This document shows, in pieces, positions 29,449 to 37,863 of a DNA stretch of 64,000 bases; position 1 is the first letter of the stretch, and each line of letters begins with the position of its first letter. This DNA comes from a virus (taxonomy: Duplodnaviria > Caudoviricetes): positions 32,001 through 96,000 of IMG/VR virus record IMGVR_UViG_2608642293_000001; one strand, written 5' to 3'. The position numbers were made by a program, and so were the translations under genes. Below the pieces are notes generated by a model. It did not search any database and was not told the DNA's origin. It saw nothing but the letters and a program-made list of their open reading frames with translations.

Positions 29449-29991
29449 CTATTTATTATGCATTTCTTTATATTTTGCTTTAATTTTTTCTATATTTCTA
29501 GCATTTGCATCATCACGGATATTATCATTATGGGCAGCTAAGATTTCTATTTCAGGTTCTCTATTATTTTTATAAGATTTTCTGCATTTACTTGTTATTT
29601 CCGATATTTTAAATTTTATAAATGAATCGGCACTTTTTTGTAAATCAATTATGTCATTCTCAGATATTTCATATTCAGCATCTGTTGTATTTAGAATCAA
29701 ATAACCTTCAGGATCATATATGATTTCATAACCTAGATTTTGCAGGTATTGTTCTATGAAATAGTTTCTTTTTGTTTCAATTTTAATATCACTTTTATTT
29801 TCATCAACAAGTTGAGATAAAGTTAAGCCTAATCCTTTTGAAAGATTAGAAAGAGTTTCAACACTAGGATTGTATCTATTCCTTTCAATATCGGCTAGAT
29901 AAGATCGTGATATTGAAGCTTTTTTTGCTAAGTCAACTTGAGTCAATTTTTGCATCTTTCTTAGTTCTTTTATTTTGGTTCCTACATCCAT
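29449..29991 (-). CDS. CI-like XRE repressor
   Basis: N-terminal HTH LTQVDLAKKASISRSYLADIERN, C-terminal ILAAHND; RBS GGAGG. Confidence 0.85.
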   Translation of the reverse strand: MDVGTKIKELRKMQKLTQVDLAKKASISRSYLADIERNRYNPSVETLSNLSKGLGLTLSQLVDENKSDIKIETKRNYFIEQYLQNLGYEIIYDPEGYLILNTTDAEYEISENDIIDLQKSADSFIKFKISEITSKCRKSYKNNREPEIEILAAHNDNIRDDANARNIEKIKAKYKEMHNK

Positions 29992-30006
29992 TTCAAATAC
30001 CTCCAT

Positions 30007-30452
30007 GTCGTAATTTCCGACTATTAATATTTACAGTATATAACAATGGTGACGTAAAGGCAATACTAATAAAGTCGTAAATACAAGTAAAAAGGAGCGA
30101 TATTTAGCAAATGAGAGAAAAAACATGTATTTTACTCCATAAAGGTCGTAAATACTGTTATTTAATTCTTTACTTATTGTCGTTAATACAATACAATAAG
30201 GACATGGTAAATAGAGAGGAGGAATTAATGATGAATGAGAGTTCTAAAAAAAAGATAGGCAATATAATAAAAGAAGCTCGGATCAATAAAAATAAAACAC
30301 AACAGAATTTGGCTGATGAATGCTATTTGTCTAGAACTTATATTTCTGACATAGAAAGTGGGAGATATTCTCCGAGTGTAGGAACTTTGATTAATATTTT
30401 TAACAAATTAAATATCAATTTTAATTTAATTAAAAATGTCGTAAATACAGAC
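30007..30452. promoter_or_regulatory. Repressor operator repeats GTCGTAAATAC
   Basis: Exact copies at 30074, 30145 and 30438, variants at 30007 and 30179, around the divergent cI/cro promoters. Confidence 0.65.
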
Positions 30453-30467
30453 ATAAATAATGAATGA
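30228..30467 (+). CDS. Cro-like XRE regulator
   Basis: KTQQNLADECYLSRTYISDIESG; RBS GAGGAGG before 30228. Confidence 0.8.
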   Translation: MMNESSKKKIGNIIKEARINKNKTQQNLADECYLSRTYISDIESGRYSPSVGTLINIFNKLNINFNLIKNVVNTDINNE

Positions 30468-30532
30468 GTTCATTAGCAAAATTTAGAGCTATTGAATATT
30501 ATGAATTGTATAATTTCATAAAAGGTGAAGCT

Positions 30533-30715
30533 ATGAATAAAAGAATTGGTAAGAGGAATAAAGAACCCATTAATGTAATCATGTGCCCAATAGAAGATAG
30601 AGAGGCCTATATTAAAAGCCTAGGAGCGGTAATGCTGGATATATCTGAAAAACAATTAGGAGAAGATGGATTAGCATTAGTCATGGAAGAATTAAAAATA
30701 AAATTAGGTAAATAA
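30533..30715 (+). CDS. Hypothetical phage protein
   Basis: RBS AGGTG. Confidence 0.55.
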   Translation: MNKRIGKRNKEPINVIMCPIEDREAYIKSLGAVMLDISEKQLGEDGLALVMEELKIKLGK

Positions 30716-30854
30716 CAAATGAATAGTAGGCTAGATAGCCTTATGTAATATGTCATTACATAAATATTTAATAGTTGAGTCTTAACAAACCACACTAGTT
30801 AAAGGCTAATGGTGAGGGATTGGAACAGAAAAATAAATTTAAGGAGGTTTAAAT

Positions 30855-31022
30855 ATGGATAATTATACAGTATACCTATTAGATCAAATTCAATTGTATA
30901 GAAGTGATACAGAAGCAAATCCAGAGGAAAAAGACATTAATGAAGCTGTAGCAGCTGAATTAATGAGAGCTTTGGTACAATATCAAAATCATGTATTAGT
31001 TGGAGGTAAAAAATGTGAATAA
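30855..31022 (+). CDS. Hypothetical protein (55 aa)
   Basis: RBS AAGGAGG; MDNYTVYLLDQIQLYRSD... Confidence 0.55.
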   Translation: MDNYTVYLLDQIQLYRSDTEANPEEKDINEAVAAELMRALVQYQNHVLVGGKKCE

Positions 31023-31800
31023 ATTAATGCCATTAGAATTTGAAAATCAAAGGATTATTATGACTAAGATTTTGGCTGAAGAATTTGGAACCGAAGATAA
31101 AATAATCAGCAACAACTTCAATAGAAATATAGACAGATTTATTGAGGGAAAACATTATTACAAGCTAGAGGGTGCAGTGCTAAAGGATTTTAAAACGAAT
31201 CATCTTAATGATGAACCGTCAATGTTAAGAATAAATTGCCTATATCTTTGGACAGATAGAGGGGCAGCAAGACATGCAAAAATTCTTGACACAGATGAAG
31301 CGTGGGAAGTTTATGAAGCTTTAGAAGAAAATTATTTTAATCCTAAACAGACGTTAAATACTTCCGAATTATCACCAGAACTTCAAATGTTTAATAAAAT
31401 GTTTCAAGCATTAGCCAATAGTGAGTTAGAACAAAAGAAAATGAAAGAAGATATTGAAGAAACAAAGGAAAAGTTAAAAGGAATTAAAGAAGTAGTGGCT
31501 CTTAATTCTACAGATTGGAAAAATGACTCTAAAAACTTAATAGTGAAAATAGCACATAGACTTGGTGGTAATCAATTTATACAGGATGTTTACAAGGAGA
31601 TTTACACTAACTTAGAAAGAAGAGCCGGTTGCCAATTAGAAATAAGACTCACTAACAAGCGTAGAAGAATGGCAGAGGAAGGTATTTGTAAATCAAAGAG
31701 AGACAAGCTAAATAAGTTAGATATTATAGGCGAAGAGAAAAAGATTTTAGAATGTTTCTTGGCTATAGTAAAAGAACTTGCAATTAAATACGGAGTGTAG
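31015..31800 (+). CDS. ORF6N-domain antirepressor-like protein
   Basis: NNFNRN..RFIEGKHYYKLEG and LYLWT.RGAARHAKILDTDEAW. Confidence 0.85.
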   Translation: MNKLMPLEFENQRIIMTKILAEEFGTEDKIISNNFNRNIDRFIEGKHYYKLEGAVLKDFKTNHLNDEPSMLRINCLYLWTDRGAARHAKILDTDEAWEVYEALEENYFNPKQTLNTSELSPELQMFNKMFQALANSELEQKKMKEDIEETKEKLKGIKEVVALNSTDWKNDSKNLIVKIAHRLGGNQFIQDVYKEIYTNLERRAGCQLEIRLTNKRRRMAEEGICKSKRDKLNKLDIIGEEKKILECFLAIVKELAIKYGV

Positions 31801-31812
31801 GAGGACTAAGCT

Positions 31813-32040
31813 ATGGTTTATAAATTTTTAAAATGGCTTAAAGAAAATGTTACAGAAGAACAGTTCGAGGATATATTAGCAGCAACAGATCAAGATATTA
31901 AATTCAATAGAATTGGATTTGGTAAGACTACAGGACCTAAGAAATTCATTGAGATATGTACAAGCTGTGCAAACCTAATTTTAAAAATAGACAAAGAAAA
32001 AAGCCAAAGGACACCGACCAAAGTAGTCCAAATGGCATAA
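31813..32040 (+). CDS. Hypothetical phage protein
   Basis: RBS GGAGG. Confidence 0.6.
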   Translation: MVYKFLKWLKENVTEEQFEDILAATDQDIKFNRIGFGKTTGPKKFIEICTSCANLILKIDKEKSQRTPTKVVQMA

Positions 32041-32074
32041 CAAAATAATCAAGTTTATTATATCACAAAATGAG

Positions 32075-32338
32075 GTGATTACAATTAAAAATATAGCATT
32101 AATCAAATTTCAAAGAGGAAGCTTTGACCAGGAATACGCGTACTTTACTGATATGGACGATTTAGTTGAAGGTAACATATTAGTTGTTCCGACTAGCAAT
32201 TCCTACAGTATAGGGGTATTTAGCAGATATTCAAAAAGTAAAATTCATATTGAGAAAGCTGAGAAATGGATTGTTAAAAATATTAGTCCGGATATCGAAG
32301 CTTTTGAAGAAAAAATCTTCTTAGGAGGTTTGGATTAA
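32075..32338 (+). CDS. Hypothetical phage protein
   Basis: ORF in the early operon. Confidence 0.55.
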   Translation: MITIKNIALIKFQRGSFDQEYAYFTDMDDLVEGNILVVPTSNSYSIGVFSRYSKSKIHIEKAEKWIVKNISPDIEAFEEKIFLGGLD

Positions 32339-32634
32339 TGGGGTATGGCACAAAGATAAAAATGGAAATGAATAATTGCTCGTTCCTGTATGGCGGTACG
32401 GATGGTATTTGTCCTTACCATACAAGAAGCTGCAATAAGCCTTGTGAAAAGTATTCACCAGTTGGTGATGCATCAAAGGGAATTTTTCATGACTGGAACA
32501 ATGGGATAGAAAAATTAAAATTTGAATTAAGGCTTAAATATTTTGGTACTACTGAAAAGTTAGATTCTAAATTAAAAGAGAAGCAAGAACCTAAAGAAGA
32601 AAAATTTGATGTAGATGATTTCTTAGGAGAATGA
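32338..32634 (+). CDS. Hypothetical Cys-containing protein
   Basis: RBS AGGAGG; ends DDFLGE. Confidence 0.55.
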   Translation: MGYGTKIKMEMNNCSFLYGGTDGICPYHTRSCNKPCEKYSPVGDASKGIFHDWNNGIEKLKFELRLKYFGTTEKLDSKLKEKQEPKEEKFDVDDFLGE

Positions 32635-32677
32635 TATAAGAATTAAAAAAATTAATTAAATTTGGAGGAATTATATT

Positions 32678-33154
32678 ATGAAGATGAATGTGGAATTTGA
32701 ATCAAGAGAAGAATTGTTAAGTTTTGTGGGAATGTTCGGAGCTGCTAAAGAGCTTGTACCTATTCAAGAACAAGCAACACCAGATGAAGAACCTAAGGAA
32801 GATGTTAAGCCAGTAACTGAAAAGCCTAAAAAGAATAAAGCTGAAACTAAAAAAGAGGAACCACCTAAGGAAGAAATTAAAAAGGATGAGGCACCTAAAG
32901 TTGAGGCAAAGGTTACTGGAGTTGACGCAGAATCTAAAGAAGCAACCAAAGATGCAGAAGTAACAGAAGATAATAAAGAACTAGAAGCTAAGATTACTAA
33001 GGAAATGGTAAGGGCGTTATGTCAAAAGGCTATAAAAGCAGGTAAGTCAGCAGAAGTTAAAAACATAGTTAGCAATTATGGTGCTGCTAAAATTCCTGAT
33101 TTAAAAGAAGAATGTTATGCAGATGTATATAAGGATGTGGAGGAGTTGCTATAA
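32678..33154 (+). CDS. Hypothetical phage protein commonly preceding DUF2800
   Basis: Acidic/Pro linker, C-terminal YGAAKIPDLKEECY. Confidence 0.65.
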   Translation: MKMNVEFESREELLSFVGMFGAAKELVPIQEQATPDEEPKEDVKPVTEKPKKNKAETKKEEPPKEEIKKDEAPKVEAKVTGVDAESKEATKDAEVTEDNKELEAKITKEMVRALCQKAIKAGKSAEVKNIVSNYGAAKIPDLKEECYADVYKDVEELL

Positions 33155-34305
33155 TGGCTAAACATGCAATATTAAGTGCAAGTTCTTCACACAGGTGGCT
33201 TAAATGTCCGCCTAGTGTTGAACTGGAAAAAGGATTTGGAAATAAGACAAGCATATTCGCAGAAGAAGGAACATTAGCACATGAACTTGGTGAATTAAGT
33301 CTAAGGTATCAACTTGGAGAAATAACTAAAAGAAGTTATGACAGCAAGGTGAAAAAGCTTATATCCAATAGTGAGTTATACACAAATGATATGCCAGATT
33401 ATGTTGAGATTTATACAGATACTTGCATGGAGAAAGTTGCTGCAGCAAAAACAACAACTCCTGATGCAATAGCTATAGTAGAGCAAAAGCTAGATTTTAG
33501 TCAATGGGTTCCAGACGGATTTGGAACAGGCGATTTTGTAATAATTGCAGATGGAACTATGGAAATATGTGATTTAAAGTATGGCAAGGGTGTTCAGGTA
33601 TCAGCTATAGATAATTCACAAATGAGACTATACGCATTAGGAGCAATAACAGAATTTGGTTTTCTATATGACATTCAAAATGTAAGAATGACAATTATTC
33701 AACCAAGACTTGATTCGATAAGTACTGATGAAATGACAGTTGAAGATTTAATCAAATGGGCGGATGAATATGTGAAGCCAAGAGCAGAACTCGCAATAAA
33801 AGGCGAAGGAGAATTTTGTGCAGGAGATCACTGTAAATTTTGTAAAGCTAAAGCAGTATGTAAAGCTAGAGCTGATAAGAATTTAGAAATAGCTAAATAT
33901 GAATTTACTAATGTTAATTTTTTAAGTGATTCAGAGATATCAGATATTTTGACTATTGCAGATAAAGTTATTGAATGGGTAACAGATGTAAAAAACTTTG
34001 CTTTAGAACAAGCATTAAAAGGTGATAACTTTGAAGGATTTAAAGTTGTTGAAGGTAGGAGTAATAGAAAGTGGATAGATGAAAAGAAGGTTGGAGAAAT
34101 ATTACTGGAACAAGGATTTTTAGAAAATATTATATACACTAAAAAGCTTACAGGTATTGCAAATATGGAGACAGCAATAGGTAAGAAAGAAGTTAATAGA
34201 TTACTTGGTGAATATATTGAGAAACCACCAGGCAAACCAACTTTAGCACCTATAACAGATAAAAGAGAGCCATACAACCCTGCTAAAGCAGATTTTATGG
34301 GGTAA
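33154..34305 (+). CDS. DUF2800 Cas4-like PD-(D/E)XK exonuclease
   Basis: HAILSASSSHRWLKCPPS, GTGD, DLKYGKG, QMRLYALG, HCKFC..C. Confidence 0.88.
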   Translation: MAKHAILSASSSHRWLKCPPSVELEKGFGNKTSIFAEEGTLAHELGELSLRYQLGEITKRSYDSKVKKLISNSELYTNDMPDYVEIYTDTCMEKVAAAKTTTPDAIAIVEQKLDFSQWVPDGFGTGDFVIIADGTMEICDLKYGKGVQVSAIDNSQMRLYALGAITEFGFLYDIQNVRMTIIQPRLDSISTDEMTVEDLIKWADEYVKPRAELAIKGEGEFCAGDHCKFCKAKAVCKARADKNLEIAKYEFTNVNFLSDSEISDILTIADKVIEWVTDVKNFALEQALKGDNFEGFKVVEGRSNRKWIDEKKVGEILLEQGFLENIIYTKKLTGIANMETAIGKKEVNRLLGEYIEKPPGKPTLAPITDKREPYNPAKADFMG

Positions 34306-34506
34306 GTGTTGATAATGTATGGTATCTATAATACTTATGCTAAAGCGTTTCAATTTGGAATCTGCGAAGAAACAAAGAACAAAGCACGAAAGAAGCTATT
34401 TAAGAAAATAGGCAAAGATGCTTACAAGTGGAGATTTGAAGTAAGAAAAATAAACAATACACATGAAAGTAATAAAAATATATTAAAGAAAAAGGAGAAT
34501 GAAATT

Positions 34507-35064
34507 ATGAACGTTAAAGCAACAAGAACAGGAACAAAGGTAACTACAGGAAAGGTTAGATTAAGTTATGCTCATCTTTTTGAGCCACATGCGATAGAAG
34601 GAAATGAACCTAAATACAGTGTATCTGTAATAATTCCAAAGACTGATACTGAAACACTGAAAGCAATTAAGGAAGCTACAGAACAAGCCAAGAAAGATGG
34701 AGCTAGTAAGTGGGGAGGAAAAGTGCCAGCAACATTAAAAACACCCTTAAGAGATGGGGATACAGAAAGACCAGATGATGAAGCATATGCAGGATGCTAT
34801 TTCTTAAATGCAAATTCTAAGAACAAGCCTGGCGTAGTAGATGCAAATGTACAACCTATATTAGATGCAACAGAAGTTTATTCAGGCTGCTATGGTAGAT
34901 TAACTCTTAATTTTTACGCTTACAATGCAAATGGTAATAAAGGTGTAGCTGCAGGTCTTGGTAATGTTCAAAAATTAGAAGATGGTGAACCGCTTGGAGG
35001 ATTTACAAGAGCAGAAGATGATTTTACTGCAGTAGGTTCTGCAGAAGATGATTTCTTAGGTTAA
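34507..35064 (+). CDS. DUF2815 single-stranded DNA-binding protein
   Basis: VRLSYAHLFEP, PLRDGD, VYSGCYGR, GLGNVQK and acidic tail; RBS AAGGAG before 34507. Confidence 0.88.
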   Translation: MNVKATRTGTKVTTGKVRLSYAHLFEPHAIEGNEPKYSVSVIIPKTDTETLKAIKEATEQAKKDGASKWGGKVPATLKTPLRDGDTERPDDEAYAGCYFLNANSKNKPGVVDANVQPILDATEVYSGCYGRLTLNFYAYNANGNKGVAAGLGNVQKLEDGEPLGGFTRAEDDFTAVGSAEDDFLG

Positions 35065-35068
35065 GATT

Positions 35069-37033
35069 ATGGATATTCTAAGCATAGATGTTGAAACATA
35101 TTGTGACTTAGATATTAAGGATGTGGGTGCTTATAAATATTGTGAGCACCCATCATTTGAAATATTGTTATTTGCATATGCTTTCAATGATGAACCAGTA
35201 GAAATTATAGATTTTAAGAATGGTGAAGAATGGCCACAAAAAGTCAAGACAGCGTTATTAAATCCAAGAATAATTAAATCAGCATTTAATGCCAATTTTG
35301 AAATTAATACTTTGAAAAGATATTTAATAAATGGAATAACAGCTGAGGATTGGCAATGCACTATGATTAAAGCTTTAACAATGGGATTACCAGGAAGTCT
35401 TGATATGGTTGGTAAGGCACTTCATTTTCCGGAAGATAAGCAGAAAATGAAGGAAGGTAAAGACTTAATTAAGTACTTTTGCAAGCCTTGTAAACCAACT
35501 AAAACTAATGGACAAAGAACTAGAAATTTACCAGAACATGCACCAGATAAATGGGAAACTTTTAAATTATATTGTAAGCAAGACGTTGAAGTTGAAAGAG
35601 ATATAAGAAACAAATTGAGTAAATATAAAACTTTAGATAAAGAACAACGATTATGGGAACTGGACCAACACATTAATGATAGAGGTGTTGGTGTAGATAT
35701 AGAACTTATTAAAAAAGCTATTAAGTGTGATGAACAATACCAGGAAAGATTAGTAAGTGAAGCTAGGAAATTGACCGGATTATCTAATCCAAATAGTCCT
35801 GCTCAATTAAAAGAATGGATAGGTAAAAGGATAGGATACGCAGTTGGCAGTATAAATAAGGACATTATGCCAACATTGATAAAAGATGCAGAGACTCAAG
35901 GAAAAGATGAAGTAAAAAGAATACTAGAACTAAGGCAGCTTATGGGTAAGACTTCAATTAAGAAATATCAGACAATGCAGATAGCTAGATGTGAAGATGG
36001 TAGAGTAAGAGGATTATTACAGTTTTATGGAGCTAATAGAACAGGAAGATGGGCTGGAAGATTAGTGCAAGTTCAGAACCTCCCACAAAACCATTTACCT
36101 GACTTAGATGATGCTAGAAAGTTATTAAGAAACGGTGACTTTGAACAAATTGAATTTTTATATGATAGTGTTTCAGATACACTAAGTCAGCTCATAAGAA
36201 CAGCATTTATTCCAAGACAAGGAAATAGATTTATAGTTGCAGACTTTAGTGCTATTGAAGCAAGAGTTATTGCGTGGATTGCAGGAGAAGAATGGAGATT
36301 AGAAGTTTTTAAGACTCATGGAAAGATATATGAAGCTTCAGCAAGTCAAATGTTTCATGTGCCAATAGAAAGTATTAAGAAAGGTTCTGACTTAAGACAA
36401 AAGGGAAAAATAGCAGAGCTTGCACTTGGTTATGGAGGAAGTGTTGGAGCTCTTGCATCAATGGATAAAGCTAAAAGTATTCCAGAAGAAGAACTTCCAG
36501 AGCTAGTACAACATTGGAGAAATGCAAACCCTAATATAACTAAGTTTTGGTGGGATTGTGATAAAGCAGCTAAAAAGGCCATTAGAGAAAAAACAACAGT
36601 AACACTGCATCATGGGATTAAATTTATATATGATCCAGGAGTCTTATTTATACAATTACCATCAGGAAGAAAGCTAAGCTATATAAGGCCAAAGATCGAA
36701 CCACATGAAACTTTTAGTGGTGACAAGATAACGTATGAAGGGATGGAGCAAACAAGTAAGCAATGGAAAAGGCTAGATACTTATGGACCAAAACTTGTAG
36801 AAAATATTGTTCAAGCTGTAGCAAGAGATTGTTTGGCCGAAGCAATGTTTAAAGTTACTGCATCAGGATATTATATCGTAATGCATGTACATGATGAAAT
36901 TATTATTGATGTACCTAAAGACAAAGGTAGTGTTGAGGAGATATGCAATATATTCGGAGAACCCATTGAGTGGGCAAAAGGATTACCACTTAGGGCAGAT
37001 GGCTACGAGTGTAGCTACTATATGAAGGATTAA
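35069..37033 (+). CDS. Phage DNA polymerase, family A
   Basis: LSIDVETY exonuclease, TGRWAG, ADFSAIEARV, GKIAELALGYG and VHDE motifs. Confidence 0.93.
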   Translation: MDILSIDVETYCDLDIKDVGAYKYCEHPSFEILLFAYAFNDEPVEIIDFKNGEEWPQKVKTALLNPRIIKSAFNANFEINTLKRYLINGITAEDWQCTMIKALTMGLPGSLDMVGKALHFPEDKQKMKEGKDLIKYFCKPCKPTKTNGQRTRNLPEHAPDKWETFKLYCKQDVEVERDIRNKLSKYKTLDKEQRLWELDQHINDRGVGVDIELIKKAIKCDEQYQERLVSEARKLTGLSNPNSPAQLKEWIGKRIGYAVGSINKDIMPTLIKDAETQGKDEVKRILELRQLMGKTSIKKYQTMQIARCEDGRVRGLLQFYGANRTGRWAGRLVQVQNLPQNHLPDLDDARKLLRNGDFEQIEFLYDSVSDTLSQLIRTAFIPRQGNRFIVADFSAIEARVIAWIAGEEWRLEVFKTHGKIYEASASQMFHVPIESIKKGSDLRQKGKIAELALGYGGSVGALASMDKAKSIPEEELPELVQHWRNANPNITKFWWDCDKAAKKAIREKTTVTLHHGIKFIYDPGVLFIQLPSGRKLSYIRPKIEPHETFSGDKITYEGMEQTSKQWKRLDTYGPKLVENIVQAVARDCLAEAMFKVTASGYYIVMHVHDEIIIDVPKDKGSVEEICNIFGEPIEWAKGLPLRADGYECSYYMKD

Positions 37034-37045
37034 AAGGGATTAACT

Positions 37046-37297
37046 ATGACTAAAAAAGAATTAACCTTTCAATATTTCAGAGATAATCCGGATGTAGTAT
37101 GGCAGAAAGAAAGCATTCAACATTATAAGAAATTAGGTATAAGAAAGTCCACATATATAACTTATAAAAGAGAATATATAGCTATTCTTCAAGTAAAAGA
37201 ATCAAACATGTTAAAAGTTAGAAATCCAGAATTATATTTTAAAGGCAGACCAAGACAAAAATTTATATTCAATGACAGTAGGCTATTTAGAAAGTGA
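37046..37297 (+). CDS. Hypothetical protein
   Basis: ORF track, operon context. Confidence 0.55.
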   Translation: MTKKELTFQYFRDNPDVVWQKESIQHYKKLGIRKSTYITYKREYIAILQVKESNMLKVRNPELYFKGRPRQKFIFNDSRLFRK

Positions 37298-37307
37298 GGG
37301 ATAAATA

Positions 37308-37613
37308 ATGGATGATCTAGAGTTTTTAGGATTAAATGAGGAACCTGTTGGGATACCAATTAATGATAAATATAGGATAGAAACTGCAGATGTTTTAAAT
37401 GTTGTAGTTAAAGAGAAATATACTCCAAAGCCTAAAGAAGATGGTGAAATAGTAGAACCTCAATGGAAAACAATAAGTTATCATCCTAACTTAGAATTAG
37501 CATTTAAAAGCATTGTAGACAGAGAAATTAATTTGATTGTAAGTGATGGACTTATGGCAGTAATTAAAAAGATAGAAGAGCTGAAAAATTTCAAGAAAGT
37601 TATTACCACCTAA
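37308..37613 (+). CDS. Hypothetical phage protein
   Basis: ORF track; WKTISYHPNLE. Confidence 0.6.
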   Translation: MDDLEFLGLNEEPVGIPINDKYRIETADVLNVVVKEKYTPKPKEDGEIVEPQWKTISYHPNLELAFKSIVDREINLIVSDGLMAVIKKIEELKNFKKVITT

Positions 37614-37657
37614 AATGCAGAACAATACTAAGTAATTAAACAATTGGAGGAATATAG

Positions 37658-37804
37658 ATGAATTATAAAAATAAACGATTAGTTTGCAAGTTATTAATTA
37701 TAGGTATACATGCAAGAAGCCATAGGATCTATAAAAAGCAAATTAAAAGACTTAATCCATTATTAATAGCAGATGGAAAAGAAGAATTAAAAATTAATTT
37801 ATAA
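37658..37804 (+). CDS. Small basic hypothetical protein (48 aa)
   Basis: RBS GGAGG. Confidence 0.45.
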   Translation: MNYKNKRLVCKLLIIGIHARSHRIYKKQIKRLNPLLIADGKEELKINL

Positions 37805-37863
37805 GTGTTCAAATAATTTAATTCATACTACCAATAACAGATGCAAGAAAGGAGGATTATACT

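Noticed and set aside
33154-34305. Cas4-like nuclease as a sign of CRISPR-Cas
   Set aside because: Standard DUF2800 gene of the PolA replication module; no repeat-spacer array or other cas genes were seen
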